A stretch of DNA of 64,000 bases from a virus. A program made the position numbers and the translations under genes. Under the pieces are notes generated by a model. It did not search any database and was not told where the DNA came from. It was given only the letters and a program-made list of their open reading frames with translations. The DNA lies in IMG/VR virus record IMGVR_UViG_3300042309_002320, positions 1 to 64,000 of that record; one strand, given 5' to 3'. This document shows, piece by piece, positions 9,697 to 19,093 of the stretch (position 1 is its first letter; each line of letters opens with the position of its first letter).

Positions 9697-11973
9697 ATGA
9701 ATATTAATAAATCTATTATAGAATGTTGTCCATTTATACCAACAGCACAGCCTACTCCTAGTCCGACCTTAACACCAAGCGCCACTATTACTCCAACAGT
9801 AACACCTACTCCTACGGAAACACCACCGGTAACACCCACTAATACAATAACTCCAAGTGCCACAGTCACAATACCTCCGACTCCTACTAATACTCCGACT
9901 CCATCATTCACTCCGGCCGAAACACCCTCTCCCACAGTAACTCCGACTCCATCTCCAACAATACCATTAGGAATCGCTCCTAATGACTACATTCTAATAT
10001 TTATTGATGAATCTAATAATTGGCAATGTAAACAAGGATCAAATGATCCTGGATGCTCCAATCCAGGAGGTTACGTTGATTGGGCCGGACCTCCATCAAC
10101 AATAGGATGGGCAGGCTATAATCTATATTCCACATGCACATCATGGGACTCGTGTTCATTAAACCCAACAGAATATAAAGAAAGAGATGGAACAGCATAC
10201 AGAACCACCGATTTTGCTCAAGGGGGAGTATCTGGCAGTTGGGAAAAAGATATTGCTGCAATTAATACAATATCTTCATCTATCGATTTTAATAAAATTG
10301 TTGTATTCCATTCAATATGCAGAAGACTTGTAACGTTTTCTGGTGGTGGTATGAATTTAACTATTGAAAGTTGCTTGCCGGAGCCGTTGTTTCCTGTTGC
10401 TCCACAAGGATCATATACTCCTAGTTTATGTCCGATTAGACCGCGTAATTTTATATGGTCCCCTAGAACAATAAATACTGGAACCCGTGGATGCCAAGAC
10501 GCTTTCAATAATCAATTTCTTACTAAAACATGGATAGAAACACATTCTATAAATGATAGAAATAGATGGGAAACTTTACCTCCAAATGGAGCTCGTATTT
10601 TTATATTTATAGACGACTCAGGTAGCTTAGGTCAGTATGGAAATAATGTAGAAGAACCTATTGATGAGCTAATAGCTGCTTATCCACAATATAATTTTAT
10701 TAAGCTTAAATGTGATAATGAAAGATTTTTAAGATGGATATATAATGTTACGGTAAAGAATACTGATATTTGTATAAGATCAGGTGGTAATCCTCCAGTT
10801 TCTCCTCCACCACCGCCTCCGCCACCTCCACCACCGCCGCCTCCGCCACCCGTACAACCACCTATTCCTACTCCACCAGCACAAACTTTTGTAAATAGAA
10901 TGTGGGCAAATGTTTCTATGACATCAGACGGATCAATAATAGTAGCATCTGTTCAGAATACTACTTCCACTAATACTGACAGTGTTTTTACGAGTTTAGA
11001 TTATGGAAATAATTGGACACTAAATCGTAGTGGAATAGATGTTAGAGCAATATTAATATACGATAGAGATAAAAGAATATTTGCTGCCCCAGACGATGGT
11101 GTAATAGTTAAAAGCGAACAACCGCCTACTTTTGGTAGTTGGGCAGGTTTATTCGTTATGACAAGATCATACGATAATGTTTCATTAGGATCATCTAGGC
11201 CATGGCGAGCAATATCGTGTTCTACTGATGGACTAAAATTATGTGCTGGAGATGCTCAGAGTGGATTCTTTGTAAGCAATGACGGAGGTGCCTCTTGGAA
11301 AGCTCCAGATGGTAATAATTTTGTACCAAGACAATTTAGTGATTTATCTTGTTCTAGTGATGGAAGCATAGTAGCAGCATCAGCATCAAGCTCTACAACA
11401 TCAGCTGCTGGTGGCGTTTTTGTTAGCAATAACGGCGGATGGGCCACTGATCGTGGTATAGTTCTATCTCCTTGGAGCGCAAGAGAAAGTTGGAGTCTTA
11501 AATTAAGAGATGACGATGTGAGAATTATTAGGGGGCCAAATATTGTACGTCGTTTTGAGAGCACAGCAGTATCTAGTAATGGTACTAATATGGTTGCAGT
11601 AAGCAATATTGGTTCCGTATTTACAAGCAATGATACTGGAAACACTTGGACATTCAGATATAATAATTTCCAAAAATGGGAAAAAGTAGCTATATCTCAC
11701 GACGGCACCAAAATGGTAGCAGTCGCATCTCAAAGGTTCGCGAGCGGAGCAGTTACTTCAGCAAATTCTGAGTATATTTATACAAGTCATGATGGTGGTA
11801 TTAATTGGGTTCAAAGAGGTCCACAAAAACAATGGAGAAGTATTGCTATGTCAGCCGACGGTTCTATTATGGTAGCAGTTGCTGGCCCAGGAACATCAAT
11901 TAATAATACTTTCGCATACGATGGTATTTATAGAAGCACAGATAGCGGAGTTACTTGGACAAGAGTATTCTAG
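9697..11973 (+). CDS. Modular adhesin/fibre protein: TP linker, vWA-like domain, 16-Pro run, BNR/Asp-box beta-propeller
   Basis: IFIDDSGS MIDAS-like motif; repeated S.D.G..W Asp-boxes and SxDG blades. Confidence 0.8.
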   Translation: MNINKSIIECCPFIPTAQPTPSPTLTPSATITPTVTPTPTETPPVTPTNTITPSATVTIPPTPTNTPTPSFTPAETPSPTVTPTPSPTIPLGIAPNDYILIFIDESNNWQCKQGSNDPGCSNPGGYVDWAGPPSTIGWAGYNLYSTCTSWDSCSLNPTEYKERDGTAYRTTDFAQGGVSGSWEKDIAAINTISSSIDFNKIVVFHSICRRLVTFSGGGMNLTIESCLPEPLFPVAPQGSYTPSLCPIRPRNFIWSPRTINTGTRGCQDAFNNQFLTKTWIETHSINDRNRWETLPPNGARIFIFIDDSGSLGQYGNNVEEPIDELIAAYPQYNFIKLKCDNERFLRWIYNVTVKNTDICIRSGGNPPVSPPPPPPPPPPPPPPPPVQPPIPTPPAQTFVNRMWANVSMTSDGSIIVASVQNTTSTNTDSVFTSLDYGNNWTLNRSGIDVRAILIYDRDKRIFAAPDDGVIVKSEQPPTFGSWAGLFVMTRSYDNVSLGSSRPWRAISCSTDGLKLCAGDAQSGFFVSNDGGASWKAPDGNNFVPRQFSDLSCSSDGSIVAASASSSTTSAAGGVFVSNNGGWATDRGIVLSPWSARESWSLKLRDDDVRIIRGPNIVRRFESTAVSSNGTNMVAVSNIGSVFTSNDTGNTWTFRYNNFQKWEKVAISHDGTKMVAVASQRFASGAVTSANSEYIYTSHDGGINWVQRGPQKQWRSIAMSADGSIMVAVAGPGTSINNTFAYDGIYRSTDSGVTWTRVF

Positions 11974-11979
11974 GACAAT

Positions 11980-12945
11980 ATGAAAGACTCTTTGGCAATA
12001 ATATTGCATCTATATCATATTGATTTATGGCAAGAATTTAAAGAATTATTAATTCCATTTAGAAATGAATTTAAATTATATCTATGTTTGTGCGAAGATA
12101 ATGGTGAACAAACAGAAATAATAAAATCAGCTAAAAACTTATTTGATACAGATATATCATTCCATAAAAATTATGGAGCTGATATAGCATCTTTTTTAAG
12201 AACTCTAGAAAATATAAAAGAATCATATTTCATTAAGATACACACTAAAAAAAGTTTACTTGGACAGTATAATCAAATTAAATGGCGACATATTCTTTTA
12301 CATGATTTTTTTAGTAATACAAATATTTTTGAATCTAATTATAAACAAATATTAACTAATCCTGATTGTGGGATGATAGGTAATAAATATTTATTATCTA
12401 CAGATAGCGAAAATTATCATTCTCACAAGATAAAAGAGCTATGTAATATATTAAAAATAAACTACGATAATATTACTAATTATTCTTTTTTTGGCGGCAA
12501 TATGTTTATGAGTAAAACACATTTATTCAAAAAACATTTTTTGCCGTATCAAGATATCTTACAATACTTATTATCTAAAGAACTTAATAAAGTAATAGAA
12601 AAACACACCGGAACATATTCACATTCTCTAGAAAGACTGTTTGGTTATATTGTGTCTCTAAATAATTTAAATTTTTACTATGTTAAACATGCTACAATAA
12701 TTATTCCCAATAACAAAGCACCAAATGGAAAATTTAATCTAATAAAATTATACAACAATGATTGTTATCTACAAGAAGATTTAAATGTATATGGACAAAT
12801 TATCGATTTTGATGAAAATGAATTTTCAATAGAGTGGTATCATATGGAACCAAAACCAATTCAAAAATATACCCTCATAAACAAAAACACAGCTGTTCAA
12901 AAAAATCTTGACACGCCACGAGAAAAGGATATAATACATGAATGA
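11980..12945 (+). CDS. Rhamnan synthesis protein F (RgpF)-like protein
   Basis: HLYHIDLW, GADIASF, KIHTKKS, FFGGNMF and HSLERLFG motifs. Confidence 0.75.
   Translation: MKDSLAIILHLYHIDLWQEFKELLIPFRNEFKLYLCLCEDNGEQTEIIKSAKNLFDTDISFHKNYGADIASFLRTLENIKESYFIKIHTKKSLLGQYNQIKWRHILLHDFFSNTNIFESNYKQILTNPDCGMIGNKYLLSTDSENYHSHKIKELCNILKINYDNITNYSFFGGNMFMSKTHLFKKHFLPYQDILQYLLSKELNKVIEKHTGTYSHSLERLFGYIVSLNNLNFYYVKHATIIIPNNKAPNGKFNLIKLYNNDCYLQEDLNVYGQIIDFDENEFSIEWYHMEPKPIQKYTLINKNTAVQKNLDTPREKDIIHE
12908..12935 (+). promoter_or_regulatory. Consensus sigma70 promoter, probably giving a leaderless mRNA
   Basis: TTGACA-N16-TATAAT; the ATG at 12942 lies 7 nt after the -10 box. Confidence 0.7.
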
Positions 12946-13424
12946 CACAATCAAAAACAAGACCGTCGTGGACCGATTATTTTCTTGGATTAGCCAAAGT
13001 GGTTTCCCAAAGAAGCCACGATGTTCATACACAGCATGGATGTATTATAACTGATAAGCAAAACCGCATTCTTGGCGTTGGATATAATGGATTTCCTAAA
13101 GGACTGGACGATAGTGAATTACCATTAACAAGACCAGAAAAATATCATTGGATGGTACACAGCGAAAGAAATGCTCTGGCTAATTGCGTTGTTAGACCAG
13201 ACGGCGGCACAGCCTATGTTACTGGTCAATGTTGTAATGATTGTATTATAGCTCTATACCAAGAGGGTATAGATACAGTTTATATGATAGATAATCATGG
13301 AACAGTTTTATTCGACGATGATGCAAAAAATAGATTTGACATTTTTATTAGAATGAGTGGTATGAAAATTTTCTATATAGATCCAAATCTTGAGTGGCTG
13401 AGACAACTAAATGGTGTAATATGA
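12942..13424 (+). CDS. dCMP deaminase
   Basis: RPSWTDYF, GYNG, HSERNA and CNDC zinc ligands. Confidence 0.92.
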   Translation: MTQSKTRPSWTDYFLGLAKVVSQRSHDVHTQHGCIITDKQNRILGVGYNGFPKGLDDSELPLTRPEKYHWMVHSERNALANCVVRPDGGTAYVTGQCCNDCIIALYQEGIDTVYMIDNHGTVLFDDDAKNRFDIFIRMSGMKIFYIDPNLEWLRQLNGVI

Positions 13425-13573
13425 TGGTTACCCTATTTTATATTTTATCTACCATATATTTCATACAACTATATCTAATAGAAAACTTTAATCCTATCGG
13501 TAAAGAATTTACAATCTTAACCATATTAGGTTTAGCTGCTATTTTAGTAAAAAAAGAAAGAAAACCATTATGA
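13421..13573 (+). CDS. Small membrane protein (50 aa, not in the ORF track)
   Basis: MMVTLFYILSTIYFIQLYLIENFNPIGKEFTILTILGLAAILVKKERKPL; ATGA overlaps with both neighbours. Confidence 0.5.
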   Translation: MMVTLFYILSTIYFIQLYLIENFNPIGKEFTILTILGLAAILVKKERKPL

Positions 13574-14541
13574 TATTCGACGAACAAATTTCCAGAAAAC
13601 CCGACAATTATCCTTGGACCCAAGATTTTATAGAGGCTATGCATAATGGATTTTGGACTCATCGCGAATTTAATTTTAGTAGCGATATTCAAGATTTTAG
13701 AGTTAATTTAACAGAACAACAAAAACAAATTATTATCAGAGCATTATCAACTATTGGTCAATTAGAAATTAGCGTAAAAAAGTTTTGGGCCAAACTTGGC
13801 GATAATCTACCACATCCTTCTCTTAATGATTTGGGCTATACAATGGCTCATGTGGAAGTTATTCACGGCGATGCGTACGAAAGGCTTCTAGAAGTTCTAG
13901 GTATAGATGATAATTTTGAAAAAATCCTAGAATTAGATATTATTAAAGGCAGAGTCAATTATCTCCGCAAACATTTACATAAATTTCATCAAGACAATAA
14001 AAAACAATTTATTTACTCTCTTATTCTATTTACTTTGTTTGTTGAGAATATAGCATTATTTTCTCAATTTTATACTATTAGTTATTTTGGTAGATTCTTG
14101 AATTTACTTAAAGACACAAATAAACAAGTTGAATATACTAGTAGAGAAGAGAATTTACATGCTATGATAGGTATAAAGATAATAAACACTATCAAGCAAG
14201 AATATCCAGAGCTATTTGATAAAGAATTAGAAGATAAGATTATTCATGAATCTAAGGAAGCAGTCAGATATGAATGCGAAATAATTGATTGGATTGTTAA
14301 TGGTTACGGAGAAGAAAATCTAAATTCTGATCTTCTTAAAGAGTTTATTAAAAACAGACTAAATGAATCATTAGATCAAATAGGATACGAACCGGTATTT
14401 GATATTGATCAAAAATTGTTATCAAAAACATTGTGGTTTGACGAACAGATTCTTGGTAACAATATGACCGATTTCTTTCATTCTCGCCCCGTAGAATACT
14501 CTAAGAAAGCCCTATCGTTCGATATAGAGGCTTTGTTTTAA
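13570..14541 (+). CDS. nrdB: Ribonucleotide reductase beta subunit, class Id-like
   Basis: Ferritin-fold ligands QLE, EVIH..AY, VEN and EENLH; QLEISVKKFW signature; C-terminal DFF..RPVEY. Confidence 0.92.
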   Translation: MIFDEQISRKPDNYPWTQDFIEAMHNGFWTHREFNFSSDIQDFRVNLTEQQKQIIIRALSTIGQLEISVKKFWAKLGDNLPHPSLNDLGYTMAHVEVIHGDAYERLLEVLGIDDNFEKILELDIIKGRVNYLRKHLHKFHQDNKKQFIYSLILFTLFVENIALFSQFYTISYFGRFLNLLKDTNKQVEYTSREENLHAMIGIKIINTIKQEYPELFDKELEDKIIHESKEAVRYECEIIDWIVNGYGEENLNSDLLKEFIKNRLNESLDQIGYEPVFDIDQKLLSKTLWFDEQILGNNMTDFFHSRPVEYSKKALSFDIEALF

Positions 14542-14570
14542 TCATTATTAATGGTTTTATAGGACTTTAA

Positions 14571-16223
14571 ATGACAACGCAACCGTACTATTGGCTTAAT
14601 TCACATAGTCGTTTATTCTTAGAAAGAGGATATCTTGAACAAGGTGTTTCTCCAGAAGATAGAATAAAAAATATATCCCAAAATGCTGAGAGATTATTAG
14701 ACATCTCAGGCTTTGCGGAAAAATTCGAACATTATATGAGTTTAGGATATTACTCATTGTCCACGCCTGTTTGGACCAATTATGGTAATTCCAGAGGACT
14801 ACCGGTTAGTTGCTTTAATTCCCATATTAGTGATAGAATGGATAGTATCCTATATAAAGTTGCGGAAGTTGGTATGATGAGCAAATTAGGAGGCGGCACC
14901 AGTGGTTACTTTGGTGAATTAAGATCACGCGGGGCGAGTATTAGTGTTGGTGGAGAAAGTAGCGGCCCAGTTCACTTCATGGAGTTGTTTGATAAAGTAG
15001 CAGATGTGATTAGTCAAGGATCAGCACGAAGAGGAAGTTTTGCAGCGTATTTGCCAGTAGAGCATCCTGATATAGAAGAGTTTTTACAAATTCGTAATGA
15101 AGGCCATCCTATTCAAAATATGAGTATTGGCGTTACCATCACTGATGAATGGATGAATAGTATGGTCGAAGGAGACAAACATAAAAGAAAAATTTGGGCC
15201 AAAATTATTCAAAAACGATTTGAGAGTGGATACCCATACATATTCTTTTATGATACTGTAAATAATAATGCTCCACAAGCTTATAAAGACAAGAATATAA
15301 AAATAAATAGTAGTAATCTATGTTCAGAAATTAGTTTAGCATCAGACGAAAATAATAGTTTTGTTTGTGTTCTAAGCTCGCTTAATCTGCTTCATTGGGA
15401 TGAAATTATACAAACAGACGCAATCGAAACTCTTATTTACTTTTTAGATAGTGTTAACCAAGAGTTTATAAATAAAACAGAAAATATTCGTTTCATGAAG
15501 AGCGCTAGAAACTTTGCCTTAAATCATAGAGCATTAGGTATGGGAGTATTAGGATGGCATTCGTATCTTCAAAGCAAAATGATAAGCTTTGAAAGTATGC
15601 AAGCTAAACTAATTAATGCTAATATGTGGCAAACCATTAGAGAACGATCAGACAAGGCATCAAGAGAATTAGCAGAAAAATTCGGAGAGGCTCCTATTCT
15701 CGAAGGATATGGTTGTAGAAACGTCACAACATTAGCTATCGCTCCTACAACTAGTAGTAGTTTTATATTAGGACAAGTTAGTCCTAGTATAGAACCATTG
15801 AATAGTAATTATTTTGTGAAGAATTTAGCAAAAGGGAAGTTCACATATAAAAATCCTCATCTAAAAGAAACTCTCAAAAAATATAATAAAAACGATGAGA
15901 CAGTTTGGAAGAGTATACTAGTCAAAGGAGGCTCTGTTCAACATCTAAAATTCTTATCAGATAATGAAAAAGAAGTATTTAAAACATTTGGTGAAATTAG
16001 TCAGAAAGAGATTATTATTCAAGCATCTCAAAGACAAAAATATATAGATCAATCTCAATCTTTAAATCTAATGATTGGGCCAGACATACCACCAAAACAA
16101 GTAAGCGATCTTCTTATAGAAGGATGGAAATTAGGAATCAAAACTTTTTATTATCAACGAAGTGCTAATCCAGCACAAGAACTAGCGCGTAATATTTTAG
16201 CTTGTACAAACTGTGAATCTTAA
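14571..16223 (+). CDS. nrdA: Ribonucleotide reductase alpha subunit (short, no ATP cone)
   Basis: GLPVSCF, SNLCSE, APTTSSS, KTFYY and C-terminal CTNC motifs. Confidence 0.95.
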   Translation: MTTQPYYWLNSHSRLFLERGYLEQGVSPEDRIKNISQNAERLLDISGFAEKFEHYMSLGYYSLSTPVWTNYGNSRGLPVSCFNSHISDRMDSILYKVAEVGMMSKLGGGTSGYFGELRSRGASISVGGESSGPVHFMELFDKVADVISQGSARRGSFAAYLPVEHPDIEEFLQIRNEGHPIQNMSIGVTITDEWMNSMVEGDKHKRKIWAKIIQKRFESGYPYIFFYDTVNNNAPQAYKDKNIKINSSNLCSEISLASDENNSFVCVLSSLNLLHWDEIIQTDAIETLIYFLDSVNQEFINKTENIRFMKSARNFALNHRALGMGVLGWHSYLQSKMISFESMQAKLINANMWQTIRERSDKASRELAEKFGEAPILEGYGCRNVTTLAIAPTTSSSFILGQVSPSIEPLNSNYFVKNLAKGKFTYKNPHLKETLKKYNKNDETVWKSILVKGGSVQHLKFLSDNEKEVFKTFGEISQKEIIIQASQRQKYIDQSQSLNLMIGPDIPPKQVSDLLIEGWKLGIKTFYYQRSANPAQELARNILACTNCES

Positions 16224-16240
16224 TATAAAGGATATTAAAT

Positions 16241-16606
16241 ATGGGTAATGTGTTTGAAGACCAAACCAAGTTTATGGTAGCCTGTGATCAAACAGTATGC
16301 GAGTGGAATCAATCTCAATTTGATATGTATTACACCCTTATACAAGAAGAAGTTTCGGAGCTTAAAGAGGCCATAAACAACACAGATAGAGTAGAAATAT
16401 TAGATGCTTTAATAGATATTATTGTGGTTACAGCAGGAGCTATAAATAGCACTGGTAGTAATGCTCAAGGAGCATGGGACGAAGTAATGAAAACTAATTT
16501 TGCTAAAGTAGATCCTATTACAGGAAAAGTAAAAAAGAGAGAAGATGGCAAAGTATTAAAACCAGAAGGATGGAAAGCGCCTAATCTTAAGTCGTTTGTA
16601 ATATAA
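16241..16606 (+). CDS. MazG-like NTP pyrophosphohydrolase (DR2231/dUTPase type)
   Basis: EEVSEL...EILDALID acidic motif; KREDGKVLKPEGW tail. Confidence 0.8.
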   Translation: MGNVFEDQTKFMVACDQTVCEWNQSQFDMYYTLIQEEVSELKEAINNTDRVEILDALIDIIVVTAGAINSTGSNAQGAWDEVMKTNFAKVDPITGKVKKREDGKVLKPEGWKAPNLKSFVI

Positions 16607-16609
16607 TAT

Positions 16610-16617
16610 ATGGTGTA
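16610..16617 (+). promoter_or_regulatory. ATGGTGTA motif, putative phage-specific promoter
   Basis: Intergenic, upstream of phoH. Confidence 0.5.
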
Positions 16618-16662
16618 TATTAATATGTCATTATTAATATAACTTATTATAAAGGGCATAAC

Positions 16663-17400
16663 TTGAGAAAGAAAAAAAATGGTAGCACTAGAAAAGAAAA
16701 AATTATTGATCTCACAAATTCGCCCCTTAATCAAGATAATACAAGACTATCATCTAGGAATAGATTAAAACCAAGAACAGAAAATCAAAAAGAATATATA
16801 CGATCTATTATAGAAAACACTATTACTTTTTGTCAAGGCAGTGCTGGTAGTGGTAAAACTCACTGTGCTGTTGGTTTGGCATTGGAGCATTTATTAGAAG
16901 ATAAAATTAAAAAAATCATTATAACAAGACCTGTTGTTGAAGCAGGAGAAAAAATAGGTTATCTTCCAGGTAAATATGAAGAAAAATTATTTCCTTATCT
17001 ATTACCTATAGAAGATGAGATAAATTATTTTATTGGTCCAGCATTGAACGCAACCCTTAAATTAAATAATAAGATAGAAATTGTGCCTTTAGGATTTATG
17101 AGAGGAAGAAATTTTCATGATTGTTTCATAGTAGCAGACGAATGCCAAAATGCTTCCTATGAACAATTAAAAATGCTATTGACAAGAATTGGTCAAAACA
17201 GTAAAATGGTATTAACTGGAGATGTTTCGCAATCAGATCTTGCTAGACATTTACAGGGTGGTTTTTATGAAATGATAAAAAATCTATCAGATGTAGACGG
17301 TATAGGTATTTCTACACTAACCGATAATGATATTATTCGTAATCCTATAATAGCAAAAATTTTAGCAAAATTAGACAATTATGAACAAGGCAGAAAATAG
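16663..17400 (+). CDS. phoH: PhoH-family ATPase
   Basis: GSAGSGKT, RPVVEAGEKIGYLPG, MRGRNF, DECQN and GDVSQSD motifs. Confidence 0.95.
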   Translation: MRKKKNGSTRKEKIIDLTNSPLNQDNTRLSSRNRLKPRTENQKEYIRSIIENTITFCQGSAGSGKTHCAVGLALEHLLEDKIKKIIITRPVVEAGEKIGYLPGKYEEKLFPYLLPIEDEINYFIGPALNATLKLNNKIEIVPLGFMRGRNFHDCFIVADECQNASYEQLKMLLTRIGQNSKMVLTGDVSQSDLARHLQGGFYEMIKNLSDVDGIGISTLTDNDIIRNPIIAKILAKLDNYEQGRK

Positions 17401-17968
17401 TAAGTGCTTATTATTGAATGCTGACTATTCACCTTTAAGAATTATTAGTTGGCAAAAAGCTATTGTATGGTCTATTAAATATGAAAATAGTCCAACATTT
17501 AAAATAGAAATACTCGAATATTATAAAGATAAATTTATTCAGGGTACTAATAATAAACAATTTAAAGTACCATTGGTTGCTAAAACCGTAAGATTTTTTA
17601 ATATCTACAATAGATCACTAAAGTTTTCTAGACAAAATCTATTTATTAGAGATAATCATACTTGTCAATATTGTGGTTTAAGATTTAATCATAATGAATT
17701 GACTTATGATCATGTTATTCCAAAAAGCCAATTCTATCCAGATAAAAAAGATGCTACAAATTGGCTAAATATAACAACCGCTTGTGTCAAATGCAATAGA
17801 AAAAAATCTAATAAAACTCCGGAACAAGCAAACATGAAATTACTAAATATCCCCAAAAAACCATTTTATGAGCCAAGATACTTGCCTTTAGCGAAGGAGT
17901 TACATACTATATATGGTAGTAGCTCAGATCAAAAAGAATGGATAAAATATATAGATGGCTATTTTTAA
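17381..17968 (+). CDS. HNH endonuclease (McrA-like)
   Basis: RDNHTCQYCG, DHVIPKS and CVKCNRKK motifs. Confidence 0.9.
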   Translation: MNKAENSKCLLLNADYSPLRIISWQKAIVWSIKYENSPTFKIEILEYYKDKFIQGTNNKQFKVPLVAKTVRFFNIYNRSLKFSRQNLFIRDNHTCQYCGLRFNHNELTYDHVIPKSQFYPDKKDATNWLNITTACVKCNRKKSNKTPEQANMKLLNIPKKPFYEPRYLPLAKELHTIYGSSSDQKEWIKYIDGYF

Positions 17969-18362
17969 TACAAAACAACTAGATAATAGTAATGATAAAT
18001 TTTATTGTTTGTCTGGATCCGAAGATTATGTAGATCAGGATGGATATCCAAGACTATATGATGAGCATATGAACGATGCTGTAGCAAAAGTTGTCTTTAC
18101 TAAAAGACCAAAACATTTTGAAGACAGTAATAAATCATATGGTCGTTATTATATCAAACTAGATCCCAACTCTAAGATATTTAATCCGAAAAAGATTCTA
18201 TCTCCCATAGAAGAAAAAAATTCTTTATCTTTTATCAATTTAGTATGTAAAACAGAATGGATATTTAGAGAGGTTACGCCGCAAGTATTTCAAAAATACA
18301 TAACTTTTTTAAAGACAAAAAACATATCCTGGTTAAAAGATGCTCAAAGAGATTTGAAATAA
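17955..18362 (+). CDS. Hypothetical protein (paralog of 19086-19472)
   Basis: Shares Y.IK....N..FNP and FL.T.N..WL..A.R with the downstream gene. Confidence 0.7.
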   Translation: MAIFNTKQLDNSNDKFYCLSGSEDYVDQDGYPRLYDEHMNDAVAKVVFTKRPKHFEDSNKSYGRYYIKLDPNSKIFNPKKILSPIEEKNSLSFINLVCKTEWIFREVTPQVFQKYITFLKTKNISWLKDAQRDLK

Positions 18363-18703
18363 TGCCAACGTATACTTATTGTTGTAATCAGTGCAATAAA
18401 AAATTTGAGCTATTTTTTTATATCAAAGACTATAATCCGACACCAGTTTGTCTTTTTTGCTACGCTAAAGATACTGCAAGAAGCTATCATGATGATATAG
18501 GTTCCATACAAGGATCAGTTATAAAACATGATAGCGAATTAAAAACTGTTGGCGATCTAGCAAATAGAAATAGAGATAAGATGAGCAATGATCAAAAGCA
18601 AGAGCTATATAATAAGCACAATGCCTATAAAGATCAATCGGTTAAACCATTACCAAAAGGAATGAGCAGAATACCGAAAGGAATTAAACCTAAATGGACA
18701 TAA
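18362..18703 (+). CDS. FmdB-family zinc-ribbon protein
   Basis: MPTYTYCCNQC...FE...CLFC. Confidence 0.8.
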   Translation: MPTYTYCCNQCNKKFELFFYIKDYNPTPVCLFCYAKDTARSYHDDIGSIQGSVIKHDSELKTVGDLANRNRDKMSNDQKQELYNKHNAYKDQSVKPLPKGMSRIPKGIKPKWT

Positions 18704-18709
18704 TAGTAT

Positions 18710-19093
18710 ATGGAACAAGATAATATTAAAAGTATTTTACCAGAATGGTCGCCTGAAAATGAGACCTTCATTAAGAGTCAGGTAGAACAACTCAATAAAG
18801 ATCATAATATCGATCTATCTGATTATGACTATATCTTCAAAGACATGTATGAAATTAAGAAACAAACTGATGCAAAACACGAGATATTTATTAGTATAAC
18901 AGCAAATATTTTGGAACATGATCCGAAGTCATCATTGCCACAATCAAAAGCTATATGTAATAATAATTACTATATTCCTGTGCCTTCTGGCAATAGTCAT
19001 GATGATTATTTGAAATTATTTTTTGACTATATAGAAAATTGTATGGGTCTTGCTGCCAATAACGCTCAATCTAAGGAAAATAAAGATGGATAA
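18710..19093 (+). CDS. Hypothetical protein
   Basis: Operon-packed ORF with no recognised motif. Confidence 0.6.
   Translation: MEQDNIKSILPEWSPENETFIKSQVEQLNKDHNIDLSDYDYIFKDMYEIKKQTDAKHEIFISITANILEHDPKSSLPQSKAICNNNYYIPVPSGNSHDDYLKLFFDYIENCMGLAANNAQSKENKDG

Noticed and set aside
13438-13692. Short - strand ORFs within the + strand operons (also 796-993, 3503-3733 and others)
   Set aside because: They are antisense to well-supported, translationally coupled genes and have no recognisable motifs.
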